Program-made: the position numbers and the translations under genes | The notes under the pieces: model-generated | Database searches by the model: none | What the model saw: the letters and a program-made list of their open reading frames with translations, nothing else | What the model was told of the DNA's origin: nothing | Assembly (NCBI GenBank): GCA_963833225.1 | Contig: CAWHXD010000019.1 | Coordinates: 64,001-128,000, forward strand | Direction: 5' to 3' | Origin: an uncultured Chloroflexia bacterium | GTDB taxonomy: Bacteria; Chloroflexota; Limnocylindria; Limnocylindrales; CSP1-4 | Length of the DNA: 64,000 nucleotides | Part shown: piece after piece, positions 19,925 to 29,960 of the stretch | Layout: each line of letters begins with the position of its first letter | Numbering within the stretch: the first letter of the stretch is position 1

Positions 19925-20851
19925 CTATCCGCGTCGCCTGCCCGCCGGCGGCTTGCGGAGCACCAGGATGTGCTGGTGCGTGATGTTCGGGACGAACGCG
20001 TGCGGATACCCGTACGGTCGCAGGCGTGTCCCGGCCTGATACCAGGCGATGTCACCCTTGGGCACCAACCCTGTCTGCCCGGCGCGCGAGGCAAGGTCGG
20101 CTGCCGTGAACAGGTATCGCCCGTCCTGGTAGGCGTCGCGCACGATGAGGGTCGCATAGCGGCCCGGTCGCAGGACCCGGTGCAGCTCGCCCAGGACATC
20201 ACCCATGGCGTCGAGGTACGCGGCGTAGTCGGGCAGGTTCGCGAGGTCGTGGTCGAGGTCCGAGACCATCGCGTAGTCCGTGCGCCGGTTCGCGTGCGCT
20301 TCGGCGAGGGCGCCCCCGGCCATCGTCATCTTCAGCTGGACGTTGTAGGGCGGGTCGGTGGCGACGAAGTCGACCGAGTCGTCCGGCATCCGGCGCAGGA
20401 CCTGACGCGCGTCACCCTCGCGCAGCTCGATCCCCGACGGGTCAAAGCCGCGAGGGCCGCCGGGGTCGGTCTGGCCCAGGTCGGCGAGCGTCGGCCCCTC
20501 CCCGCCGTGCTCGGCCAGGAGCGCCGCGACCGTCTCACGGAAGACACGCGTCCAGCGAGCGTCGAGCTCGATCCCGATGGCCCGGCGCGGCCCCCGCGCG
20601 ATCGCGGCACCCAGGAGCGTGCCGCCGACGCCCGCGAACGGGTCGAGCACGAGCTCGCCCGACTTCGTGAAGAACTCGATGAGCCGGGCCATCAGCCGCG
20701 GCGGCTTGTTGGCGCCATGCACGCGTCGCCGATCGTGACCCAGCTCGGACGGGTAGGTGGTCGTCCACACCGACTTGGTGAAGTAGAGCCACTCCTCGCC
20801 GGAGAGCTCGTTCAGGTCGTTCGCGGGGTGGGGTGGGCGGCGCGGCTGCAC
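19925..20851 (-). CDS. Orphan N4/N6 amino-methyltransferase (DNA or RNA) with permuted motif order
   Basis: KPPRLMARLIEFFT..LDPFAGVGGT (motif X/I) precedes TDPPY (motif IV) and RVLRPG. Confidence 0.85.
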   Translation of the reverse strand: MQPRRPPHPANDLNELSGEEWLYFTKSVWTTTYPSELGHDRRRVHGANKPPRLMARLIEFFTKSGELVLDPFAGVGGTLLGAAIARGPRRAIGIELDARWTRVFRETVAALLAEHGGEGPTLADLGQTDPGGPRGFDPSGIELREGDARQVLRRMPDDSVDFVATDPPYNVQLKMTMAGGALAEAHANRRTDYAMVSDLDHDLANLPDYAAYLDAMGDVLGELHRVLRPGRYATLIVRDAYQDGRYLFTAADLASRAGQTGLVPKGDIAWYQAGTRLRPYGYPHAFVPNITHQHILVLRKPPAGRRRG

Positions 20852-20933
20852 AGGGGCAGCGTACCGGCCGGGCCCCGGTGGCGAGCGTCCTCCCGTCGGT
20901 CGGCGGCCACGATCGGCCACCTACAATGCGGCC

Positions 20934-23900
20934 ATGGTGGGCAGAGTGAGCAGCCGACGCTTCATCGGTCGTGAGCCGGAGCTCGCGCGGGTCGCCGAGG
21001 CCCTCGGGACGGCCGCGGGCGGCACCGCGACGACGGTGATCGTGGCCGGCAGCGCCGGGACCGGCGTTTCCCGGTTCCTCGACGAGGCGCTCTCGCGAGC
21101 CACCGCCGGTCCCAACCCTCCGCTCGTGCTCCGGGGCCGGTCCTACGGGCCGGCGGACCCTCCGTGGGCGGCCGTGCTTGAGGCCCTCGAGCCGGCATTG
21201 GTCAGCCGGCCGCCGGCGGAGATCCTCGCGTTGCTGCGTCGAGACGCCGGCCCCGTCCTGCGGAGCCTGCCGGCCCTTGGCGAGCTGGCCGCCCAGGTCC
21301 GCGGCGCCCGCGAGAGCGCGCTTGCAGATCCGGAACGGCGCCAGCCGCGCGCCATCGAGTCCATGATGCGGTGGCTGGGCCGCGTCGCCGAGGAGCGGCC
21401 GGTGATCCTCGTCCTCGAGGATCTGCACGTGGCGGATGCCGCGACGCGTGCCTTCGCCACGTTCGTCGCCCGCATCGCGCGCCAGGAGCGGATCGCGCTC
21501 CTCCTTGCCTACCAGCCCGACCGCCTGAGCCGGGAGCACCCGCTGCGCGAGAGCCTGGCGATCATCGGAGCTGGGCTCCGCCCGCCCGTCCGGGTGGACC
21601 TGCCGCCGTTTGCGCGGCGCGAGATCGCGGGGCTCATCGAGGGCATCGAGGGAGAGCGTCCGTCAGCCTCGATCGTCGTCCTCGTCGCGGAGCGATCGGG
21701 TGGGTCGCCGCTGGTCGTCGAGGAGCTGGTGGCCGCCCGACGCGAGCTGAGCAACGCGACCCTCACCGGGACCCTCGCCGACCTCGTCGCCGCCCGCCTG
21801 GCCCGGCGGTCGCCCGAGTGCCGGCGACTCCTTCGCCTGCTCGCACCGGCGGAGCGCCCGGTGACGCCGGAGCAGATCGCCGTCGCCGCCGAGGCATTCG
21901 AGTCGGACGGGGCCGCCGCGTCCGTCCGGCAGCCGCCCCGCTCCACCACGCTGCCGCGACGGCGGACCGTGGCGCTCGATGCGGACCTCGCTGCCGGGCT
22001 CGCGGAGGCGATCGAGCATGGCCTGGTGGTGGAGCTGGCCGACGGGCAATTCACCGTCCGGCACGAGCTCGTCGCACGGGCCGTGGTCGCGGACCTCCTG
22101 CCGTCGCAGCGCCCGCGCCACCGGGCCTCGCTGGCCCTGGCGTTTGCCGACACGCCCGCGATTGCCGCCGCCTTCTGGCGTGGCGGGCACTGCCTGGCAG
22201 AGGCCCGGGAGGCGGCCCTCGAAGCCGGCCGTCTGGCCATGCGTCTCGTGGCTCCCGAGGATGCGCTGGCCGTGCTCGAGCGCGGGCTGGACTTGCCGGC
22301 GCCGGTGCCGGATGCGGAGGCGGAGCACGGCAGCGGTGCCGCGGATCTCGCGCAGCTCGCGGCCGATGCCGCCTTTGCCGCCATGCGGCCGACGCGAGCG
22401 GTGGCGTACGCGGAAAGCGCCCTCGCGGCGCTCGGCGAGCGGCGGGACCGCCTGGAGCACGCGACGCTGGCGGCCCGACTCGGCCGATACCGCATGGCCG
22501 CCGGGGACGCAGCGGGCGCGGCCGCCGACCTGCGACGTGCCGCCGACATCGCGCCGCCCGAGCCAACCGTGGAACGGGCGCGGATCCTCGCCCTCCTTGC
22601 CCAGGAGCGAATGATCACCGGGGCGTTCCGCGACGCGGATCGTGTCGCGCGCGAGGCGCTCGCGATCACGCGGGCCATCGGGCCCGCCGCCGAGGCGGAG
22701 GCGATTCATGTGATGACGACCCTCGCGGTCGTCCATGGCTGGGGCGACACCCCGGATGCGGCGCTCCCCCTGCTGCGGGAGGCCGTGGGCCGCGCCCGTG
22801 CCGCCGGGCTGGTGGAGGAGTGGTGGCGCGCCGTCGCCAACGAGGCCGTCGTCCTCGAGCTGCTGGGCCGCCCGGCCGAGGCGGTCGAGGTGACGTTCGC
22901 CTCCATGGCCGAGGCGCGCGACCTCGATCTCGATGCTGTCTACGGGAACCTGCTGGGCGGCAACGTGGCCGGCATCCTGGTGGATGTCGGCCGGTGGCAG
23001 GAGGCGCGTGAGCTGAGCCTGCGGGCGCTTGACTGGAGCCCGGCGGGGATCCCGTTCGTCAACGCGATCCTCAACCTCGTCCTGGTCGAGATCGAATCGG
23101 AGGCGGGCGAGGAGGCCGGGCGGCTGCTGGGGCGCATCCTCGTGGAGCTCGAGACCGGCGGCGACCTCCAGTTCGCGATCCCCGCCTACCAGGCCACCGC
23201 GTCCTATGCCATGTGGTCGGGCGATCTCACAGATGCCCGGCGCGCGACGGAGCGGGGGTGGGCGAGATTGCGTGGGTCGGAGGACTGGGCGCTCATCGCC
23301 CGCATGGCGGCGACGGCAATGGAGGTCGAGAGCGCGATCGTGACCGACGCGCTGGAACGGCGGCGCATCGGCGATGTGGCCGCCTCCCGCGAGCGCGCCA
23401 CGCGGATCCTCGCCGAGGCCGCAGCTGCGGTCGCGCGCGCACGCTCCGAGGACGGCCGCGGAACCGGTGAGCCGGAGGCCAGCCTCGCGACGGCCCGTGC
23501 CTACCATGCCCGCCTGACGGGCACGGACGATCCCGCACGCTGGGCGGCCCTGTCCGAGCGCTGGCGCGCGATCGGTGACCCCTACCGGGAAGCCCGGGCT
23601 CGCTGGCGCCAGGCGGAGGCCACGCTGGGCGGGGCGATCGCGGGGCCCGGCGGCGCACGCGATCGGACCGATGCCCGCCTGGTTCGGGCGGATGCCCGCG
23701 AGCCACTCCTCCACGCCGTGGGGCTCGCGATGAGCCTCCGGGCGCGCCCGCTCCTCAGGCGCCTCCACGAGCTCGCGCGTCGGTCGCTGATCGCCCTGCC
23801 GCCCGAGGTGGACGAGCTGCTCGCGCAGCCCGCCGCCCCACCCCTCGGCCCACGCGCCCAGGTCTCGGCGCAGCCCGTGGCGGACATGAGCCCTGCCCAG

Positions 23901-24161
23901 GCTCCGGGACTGGCCACCGGGGTCCCCACCGCGCCCGACACGTTCGGGCTGTCCAGGCGCGAGCTGGAGGTGCTGGCGCAGATCGCCCAGGGCCGCACCA
24001 ACCGGGAGATCGGTGACCGGTTGTTCATCAGCCAGAAGACCGTCGGCGTCCACGTGGGGAACATCCTCTCGAAGCTGGGCGTGTCGGGGCGGGTGGAGGC
24101 AGCCGCGGTCGCCATCCGCCTGGGGCTCGAGGCCGCGGGCGCCGGCGGGCGCCGGGTCTAG
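20934..24161 (+). CDS. AAA ATPase-TPR-LuxR (MalT/LAL-like STAND) transcriptional regulator
   Basis: FIGREPEL, degenerate Walker A GSAGTGVS, LEDLH, GGSPL, C-terminal LSRRELEVL..GRTNREI..TVGVHV HTH. Confidence 0.9.
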   Translation: MVGRVSSRRFIGREPELARVAEALGTAAGGTATTVIVAGSAGTGVSRFLDEALSRATAGPNPPLVLRGRSYGPADPPWAAVLEALEPALVSRPPAEILALLRRDAGPVLRSLPALGELAAQVRGARESALADPERRQPRAIESMMRWLGRVAEERPVILVLEDLHVADAATRAFATFVARIARQERIALLLAYQPDRLSREHPLRESLAIIGAGLRPPVRVDLPPFARREIAGLIEGIEGERPSASIVVLVAERSGGSPLVVEELVAARRELSNATLTGTLADLVAARLARRSPECRRLLRLLAPAERPVTPEQIAVAAEAFESDGAAASVRQPPRSTTLPRRRTVALDADLAAGLAEAIEHGLVVELADGQFTVRHELVARAVVADLLPSQRPRHRASLALAFADTPAIAAAFWRGGHCLAEAREAALEAGRLAMRLVAPEDALAVLERGLDLPAPVPDAEAEHGSGAADLAQLAADAAFAAMRPTRAVAYAESALAALGERRDRLEHATLAARLGRYRMAAGDAAGAAADLRRAADIAPPEPTVERARILALLAQERMITGAFRDADRVAREALAITRAIGPAAEAEAIHVMTTLAVVHGWGDTPDAALPLLREAVGRARAAGLVEEWWRAVANEAVVLELLGRPAEAVEVTFASMAEARDLDLDAVYGNLLGGNVAGILVDVGRWQEARELSLRALDWSPAGIPFVNAILNLVLVEIESEAGEEAGRLLGRILVELETGGDLQFAIPAYQATASYAMWSGDLTDARRATERGWARLRGSEDWALIARMAATAMEVESAIVTDALERRRIGDVAASRERATRILAEAAAAVARARSEDGRGTGEPEASLATARAYHARLTGTDDPARWAALSERWRAIGDPYREARARWRQAEATLGGAIAGPGGARDRTDARLVRADAREPLLHAVGLAMSLRARPLLRRLHELARRSLIALPPEVDELLAQPAAPPLGPRAQVSAQPVADMSPAQAPGLATGVPTAPDTFGLSRRELEVLAQIAQGRTNREIGDRLFISQKTVGVHVGNILSKLGVSGRVEAAAVAIRLGLEAAGAGGRRV

Positions 24162-24467
24162 CGTCCCGATCTCGCCGATCTGCCGACCGCCTGCCACGTG
24201 CCCGTGGTGCGGGCGGCAGGGGCGTTCGTGACCACCGTCGGTCCCCGGTCCCGTGATCACCGTCCCCGGTCCCGTGATCGCGAGCTGGATCAGGATCGGT
24301 TCCTTCACGCGGGGCCCGGGACCCGAAACCCGGGTTTCGTCGCGCGCTCGCCGGGTGCGCACCCCGGATCTGAGCCAGATCGCAATCACGGCGATCGCGG
24401 CCCGGCGGCACGCTCGGCGCTTGTTCGATAAATTCAGCCCATTCCACGCTGCCCAGCTGAGGTTCCC

Positions 24468-24923
24468 ATGCGTCGCCCCCTCCTCCTGCTCGTCATCGCG
24501 CTGGCGACGGTCCTTGCCGCCTGTGCGTCCGCTGCCGGTCCCGGCTGGACCTACGCGCCACCGACCGAGGCGCCCCCCTCGCAGGCGGCGCCATCCGTGG
24601 CCCCGTCCGAGGCTCCATCGGACGGTGGCGGTGGCAGTGGCGGCACGGTCATCCGCGAGATCGCCAAGGGGATCCAGTTCGTGAACAAGGATCTCTCGGC
24701 GCCCGCCGACACGCCGTTCCAGATCGAGTTCGACAACCAGGACGTGGGCACCCCGCACAACATCGAGATCAAGGACGCCAGTGGTGCGGTCGTGTTCAAG
24801 GGCGAGATCTTCGCCGGTCCCGCCGTCAAGACCTACGACGTCCCGGCCCTGCCCGCGGGCACCTACCCCTTCGTGTGCACCGTGCACCCCAACATGATCG
24901 GCACCCTCACGGTGGGAGGCTGA
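24468..24923 (+). CDS. Cupredoxin-domain lipoprotein
   Basis: Lipobox LAAC, PHN, YPFVCTVHPNMIG type-1 copper ligands. Confidence 0.9.
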   Translation: MRRPLLLLVIALATVLAACASAAGPGWTYAPPTEAPPSQAAPSVAPSEAPSDGGGGSGGTVIREIAKGIQFVNKDLSAPADTPFQIEFDNQDVGTPHNIEIKDASGAVVFKGEIFAGPAVKTYDVPALPAGTYPFVCTVHPNMIGTLTVGG

Positions 24924-24939
24924 GCAGGGTGGTCGCCAG

Positions 24940-25690
24940 GTGACCCGCGTCGACGAGGTCTGCTACCGGGACGCCTACGTCCGGACCGCCGAGGCGCGGG
25001 TGCTCGAGGTGTCCGCGTCCGACGGGCCGCCGCTGATCGTGCTCGAGTCGACCCCGTTCTACCCGGGAGGTGGCGGCCAGCCGAGCGACCGGGGACTGAT
25101 CCTGCGGACGGTGGATGGCCGCAGCTGGACCGTCAGCGCCGCGCGGCGCATGGGCGGCGAGATCGTCCACGAGCTGGAGCCGCCCGACGACGGCGAGCTT
25201 CCCGTCGCCGGTGACCGCGTCCGGCTGGACCTCGACTGGGCCCGGCGCCACGCGCTGATGCGCACGCATACCGCGCTCCACGCGCTGTGCGGTGTCGTCT
25301 GGCGTGACTATGGCGCCCTGGTCACGGGCGGCAACATGGAGCCGGGGTCCGGGCGCATGGACTTCGAGTTCGAGACCATGTCCGGAGATCTCGTCGGCGA
25401 GATCGAGGCCAAGGTCAACGACGAGCTGGCGCTGGGGCGCGACGTGCGGGTCAACGTGCTGCCTCGGGACCAGGCCTTCGCGATCCCGGATCTCATCCGG
25501 ACAAAGGTCAACCTCCTGCCGCCCGGGATCGAGCAGATTCGGACCATCGAGATCGTCGGGCTTGACCTGCAGGCTGACGGGGGCACGCACGTCGCGAACA
25601 CCCGGGAAGTCGGGCGAATTTCGTGTTCAGGGATACGAGTCGAAGGGTCGGATCAACAAGCGGATCCGCATCGCGGTCGTCGACGAATAA
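24940..25690 (+). CDS. alaX: Alanyl-tRNA editing protein AlaX (AlaX-M); 1-nt frameshift near 25620
   Basis: TPFYPGGGGQPSD, MRTHTALHAL (HxxxH), QADGGTHV, C-terminal ESKGRINKRIRI in the shifted frame. Confidence 0.9.
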
Positions 25691-26130
25691 GGATCAACCT
25701 CCCGGTTGACCTAATGCGTTGCCACAGCGATGACGGTTGACATTATTCCTCGCCGGTGATGATGATCGATCGCCGCCGACAGACGGTCGGTCGGAAGGAG
25801 TCATCGTCATGCCTCGCTCGAACGCCAACGCTGGCGCGGTCGCCCGCGAACCTGATCGAATTGCCGACGGCACGCCAACCGCGGCGACGACGGCGCGGTG
25901 ATGGTGATCTACGACCGAACGGACGGAAGGGCATCTACCCCTGGCGTCTGCTGTCAGGCCCTGCGTCGTAATCAAGCTGCTGCGCCCGGGTCGCCGCGCA
26001 AGGAGCTCTACCGACACCCACTCTGGCGGAAGTAACCGGCGACCACGGATAGCGAATTGCCCATTGACTCGGTTCGGTCCGCCGCGTTGGCTACCCGGCC
26101 TGCATTCGAGCGCCCCATCGCCAACAGTCG

Positions 26131-26569
26131 TCAGCGCGGATCGCCGGCGCTTGCCTCGGCCGTCGGTTCGGAAGCTGGGACGCAAGGAATGCCAGATCTG
26201 AGATCATCGGCATCAGCTTCCAGCGAGATGGAGCCGTGAAGCAGGGGTGCGGGGCGATTGCAAAGACCTGGTGCTGCGGACGCTCGATCCCTGATCTCGG
26301 GCGAGCAGTGCAACTCGGTGAGCAGGCGCGCTTGCGCCACTCCGGATCGGAGAACAGGCGCTGCAGTTCCGCAACAGACCAGCTACTGGTTCGCAGGTCA
26401 ACTCGATAGGCGACGCCACCACACGTCGCTCTCGCTGGTCTCGACGAAGATGTCGCCGAACGCCGTCACGAGCAGCGGGCGGATGCGCTTGCCTGCTAGC
26501 TCTGGCCACATGCGCAAGGCGTCACTAGATCTCGGCCTCGTCGGGTTTCGCCTCGAACAGCGGATCCAC
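26131..26569 (-). pseudogene. Tdi1/DUF1851 (GAD-like) toxin-immunity-like protein, multiply frameshifted
   Basis: Manual stitching: MDPLFEAKP..LRMWPELAGKRIRPLLVTAFGDIFVE..ELQRLFSDPEW..QVFAIAPHPCFTG; AAAGGGGG RBS before GTG. Confidence 0.5.
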
Positions 26570-26779
26570 GGTCCCCCTTTCCTGCGACGGTCACGAAGTG
26601 ACATGGTGCCAGACTGCTCCTAGGTCGCTCAGGCGGGTCACGCTGGACCACCGTCGGAACGTCGCGCTTCCCCATTCTGCAAGCCGCCGACGTCGCTTGA
26701 CAGGACATACATTCGCTGTCCATCGTCGGCGGTGATGAACGAGAACGGAGCGGCGACGCCGAGGTTGAACTTGGAACGG

Positions 26780-27189
26780 GCGGAAGTCACCGGGTGGAGC
26801 AGCATCCGACGCGAGTGCAGGCAGAGAACATGCTGATCCCGCGTGCCGCGCCATGGTAGACGCCGGGAACCCGGACGGGCTCGCGTGTTCCTGGATGCAG
26901 CAAGCGGTCAGGCGCCATGACGCCACGATCGAGCGCGACATCGAGTTCATGCTCGACCTGACGCGACGTCCGCACCGGCGGCGGGCACGCGAGATCGAGG
27001 TCATGGCGGCGGACGAGATGGAACTCGCGCGGCGCGACGCCACACGCGCGCTGCTCGCCATCCGAACGTCGGCACCGATCAGGAGCGGATCCGGGCGTCC
27101 AACACCGTGCAGATGGTCGAGTTCAAGCGCAAGCACGAGGCGCCGCACTCAAGGCGCAGTACGGCATCGACCTGCCGCCGATCGACTGA
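26780..27189 (+). pseudogene. Hypothetical helical protein, frameshifted
   Basis: IERDIEFMLDL..EMELARRDATRALL..ERIRASNTVQMVEFKRKH..QYGIDLPPID* across frames; start uncertain. Confidence 0.4.
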
Positions 27190-27214
27190 GGTCTCAACGC
27201 TCTATCCTCGGGCC

Positions 27215-27890
27215 ATGGTGGCGAAGCGCACGATCGAGGAGCGGTTCCGGCTCGTCGCCGAGAGCGCGGCGGAACTGGACCGCCATCCAGTGATGGTCGC
27301 TCGAGCGCGGACTACTCTTGAGGTCAAACTCGATGCGGCAGGCCTTCGTGCAACGTCGCCGAGCCTGACCGATCCTCCTGCGTTCGTTGCTTCCGACCTT
27401 GCGGAAGTTCCTCATGGATGGCGACGACCACCACCTGACTGAGATCCACAACCTCGCGCTCCGCCACATCGACGACCGGAACTGGTGCACGCGATCGAGA
27501 GCGCCAAGGAGGGGTACAGAGGCGGGAGGGCAAGGATGGGCCTCCAGTTGAACATCGACAGGAGCTCAGGTGACGCCCCAGCGCGCGGCAGATCTCTGGA
27601 TCAATGGGGTCTACCTCCATTCCGACGTCGACAAGGAGCGCGAACTCACCTCGTTGACCGGCATCGCTCCTGCGCTCGTGCGCAACGCATTCCTGGAGTT
27701 CGTCTTCGCTGTCACCAGCATCGCGATCTTCACCGGCAGCGTGCTTGCCGAGGCGCTGCAGCGCGGGGTGGTTCGGAGTGATGTCGTGCAGATGACCAAC
27801 CGGCACCCCCACACCTTGCAGGATGCCAGCGCGGTCGCATCGCCTCCTGCCGTGGGGATCGACCTGATTGCGCAGGGCCATAGCTGCTAA
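27215..27890 (+). pseudogene. Hypothetical protein, frameshifted (LWINGVYLHSD motif)
   Basis: Coherent stitched protein MVAKRTIEERFRL..RKFLMDGDDHHL..TPQRAADLWINGVYLHSDVDKERELT. Confidence 0.5.
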
Positions 27891-28040
27891 TTGCGGACAG
27901 CGCTTGGGCATCCCGCCGTCCCGACGCTCCGCCGACCGTAGCGCTGGACTGCTACGCGCCATTCCCGAATGTCATCCAACCTGTCACGATCGACTGGCGC
28001 CGTTGATGTGCCACCGAGCGCGCAGGCGCTCGGAGGGTGG

Positions 28041-28808
28041 GTGAGCGACAAGAGCGCAATCGAGTGGACCGACGCCACCTGGAACCCGGTGACCGGGCTG
28101 CTCGAAGGTCTGTCCCGGCTGCGCCTACTGCTACGCCGAGCGGCTGTCGCTCCGCTTCGGCTGGTCCGCACTCCCATGGACACCCGCGAACGCCGCCGAG
28201 AACGTGGTCCTGCATCCCGAGCGACTCGACCAGCCGCTGCGCTGGCGGCAGCCGCGGCGGGTCTTCGTCAACAGCGATGAGCGATCTGTGCCACCGAGCT
28301 CGTGCCGGCCGAATTCATCCACCAGGTGTTCGCGATCGATGGAGGATGCCGGACCGCCACACCTATCCAGATCCTCACCAAGCGCCCCGAGCGGATGCGC
28401 GCCTGGTTCGAGGGACCGGCGTCCGATGGGCGCGGAGCCCCGTTGCCCAACGTGTGGCTCGGCACCTCGATCGAGAACGACCGATGGGTCGGTCGGGCAG
28501 ACGAGCTGCGCGACGACGCCGGCGGCCGTGCGGTTCGTCAGCGCCGAGCCGCTCCTCGGTCCGCTGCCATCCCTGGATCTGGTCGGGCATCGACTGGCTG
28601 ATCGTCGGTGGCGAGTCAGGCTCGAGCCACCGTCCCATGGACGAGGCCTGGGTGCGCGACTTGAAGCGACATGCGCCGAGAGGGCGGGACGGCCTTCTTC
28701 TTCAAGCAGTGGGGTGGCCGGACGCCGAAAGCCGGCGGAAGGCACCTAGATGGTCGAACCTGGGACGAGTACCCGATCGCCCAGCGTGTAGAGGTTGCGC
28801 GATCCTAG
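28041..28808 (+). pseudogene. DUF5131 / phage Gp37-Gp68 family radical-SAM-like protein, multiple frameshifts
   Basis: SAIEWTDATWNPVTGC..CPGC..YCYAER, RVFVNS, QILTKRPERM, NVWLGTSIE, FVSAEPLLG, WLIVGGESG, FFFKQWGG. Confidence 0.85.
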
Positions 28809-29889
28809 GCGCGAATCTCATCACGGTCCCGGGCACGTACGTGCCCTGGCGAGCGCCCGCGGGACGTTTGACAGTCAGCAGTCCGTCCTTCTCGGCGACC
28901 GCCAAGGTCTTGCGCTTGAGGTGCCTGTTCGGCAGGTATGGCGTCGCCAGGAGCGTGTAGTCCTCCGCTTGCTCGATGCTGAATGGCGTGCCGCCGAAGT
29001 TGGACCGTAGTGCCTGACGCAAGACCGTGAAGTCAGGCTCCGGCTTAGAACAGGACCATCTGATCGCGGATCGTGCTGTCTCGGAACCTCTCTCCGCCAG
29101 TTGGGTCAACAGCCCACATGGCCTCCTTCATCTTCTCGAGGCCGAGCGGATTCCAGTGGCGAAGAAGAGGTGATAGCCCATGTTCTCCGCGATGACGATC
29201 TCGAAGGAGCGCACGTACTTGGTTGATCGGGATAGGGCGTCGACGGAATAGCGTCATGGAGCATCTGGCGACGCTCCGCCCCTTCAGCGGAACCGCTGCC
29301 TCGCCATGCGCCGGTCGCCGTAGAGCTTGGTGAAGCGCATGAGCGATGTCGGCTTGCCGACAGCGGGCGATGAATGCGGCGTGGGCAAGTAGATGAGCAC
29401 TTCGCAACGCGGGAACCCGAGGATCCGGCTCGACAGCACGAACTTGGTGTCCTGTAGCCGAAGGGATCAATGAAGGCGAATGTCGGGACGAGTTGCGACG
29501 CGTCGCCCAGCACTTGTTCCATCACCGCTGAGTACTCGCCGTGCATCGGGAACGCCGAGACGTTTGGCGGCAGGGGACGCATCGCCTCGATCTCGTTGGA
29601 CAGGTACTGGGCGCGGTCCGCACGCGACTCGATGAAGAAGTACGACGAGATCGCGCGTCTGGATACGTGCCGCTCTGATCGTGCTCGAGGAACGCCTTGA
29701 GCATGATCTTGGGGGACCCGTCCTCGCCGCCAAGGTAGGTGCCGGGACCCGCGAACCCGTCGATCAGCAGCAACTTCGGGTTGTACCTCGCCATGATCGG
29801 CAGCCAGGCATCGAGGTACTTCCGGAGATCCGGTGCTTCGCCGCCGTGTGCTCGTCGCGCTCCCACAGAACCGTTGACGGTGCTGCCAT
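28805..29889 (-). pseudogene. tcmP: Three-Cys-motif partner protein (TcmP, SAM-methyltransferase-like plus wHTH), multiple frameshifts
   Basis: HTAAKH..LRKYLDAWLPI, IDGFAGPG..GSP, FAFIDPFGY, YHLFF, GLEKMKEAMW. Confidence 0.8.
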
Positions 29890-29960
29890 GCCTTCCCCCG
29901 CTCCCTTCGTGTCCCGCCTCGTCCCCCCTTGTCGGCCGTCCTGCGAAGATGAGAGACGAC

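Noticed and set aside
25737-26035. TTGACA promoter and a small gene at the island's left end
   Set aside because: The -10 box is weak and the frameshifted ORF has no recognisable family; not supportable as a feature
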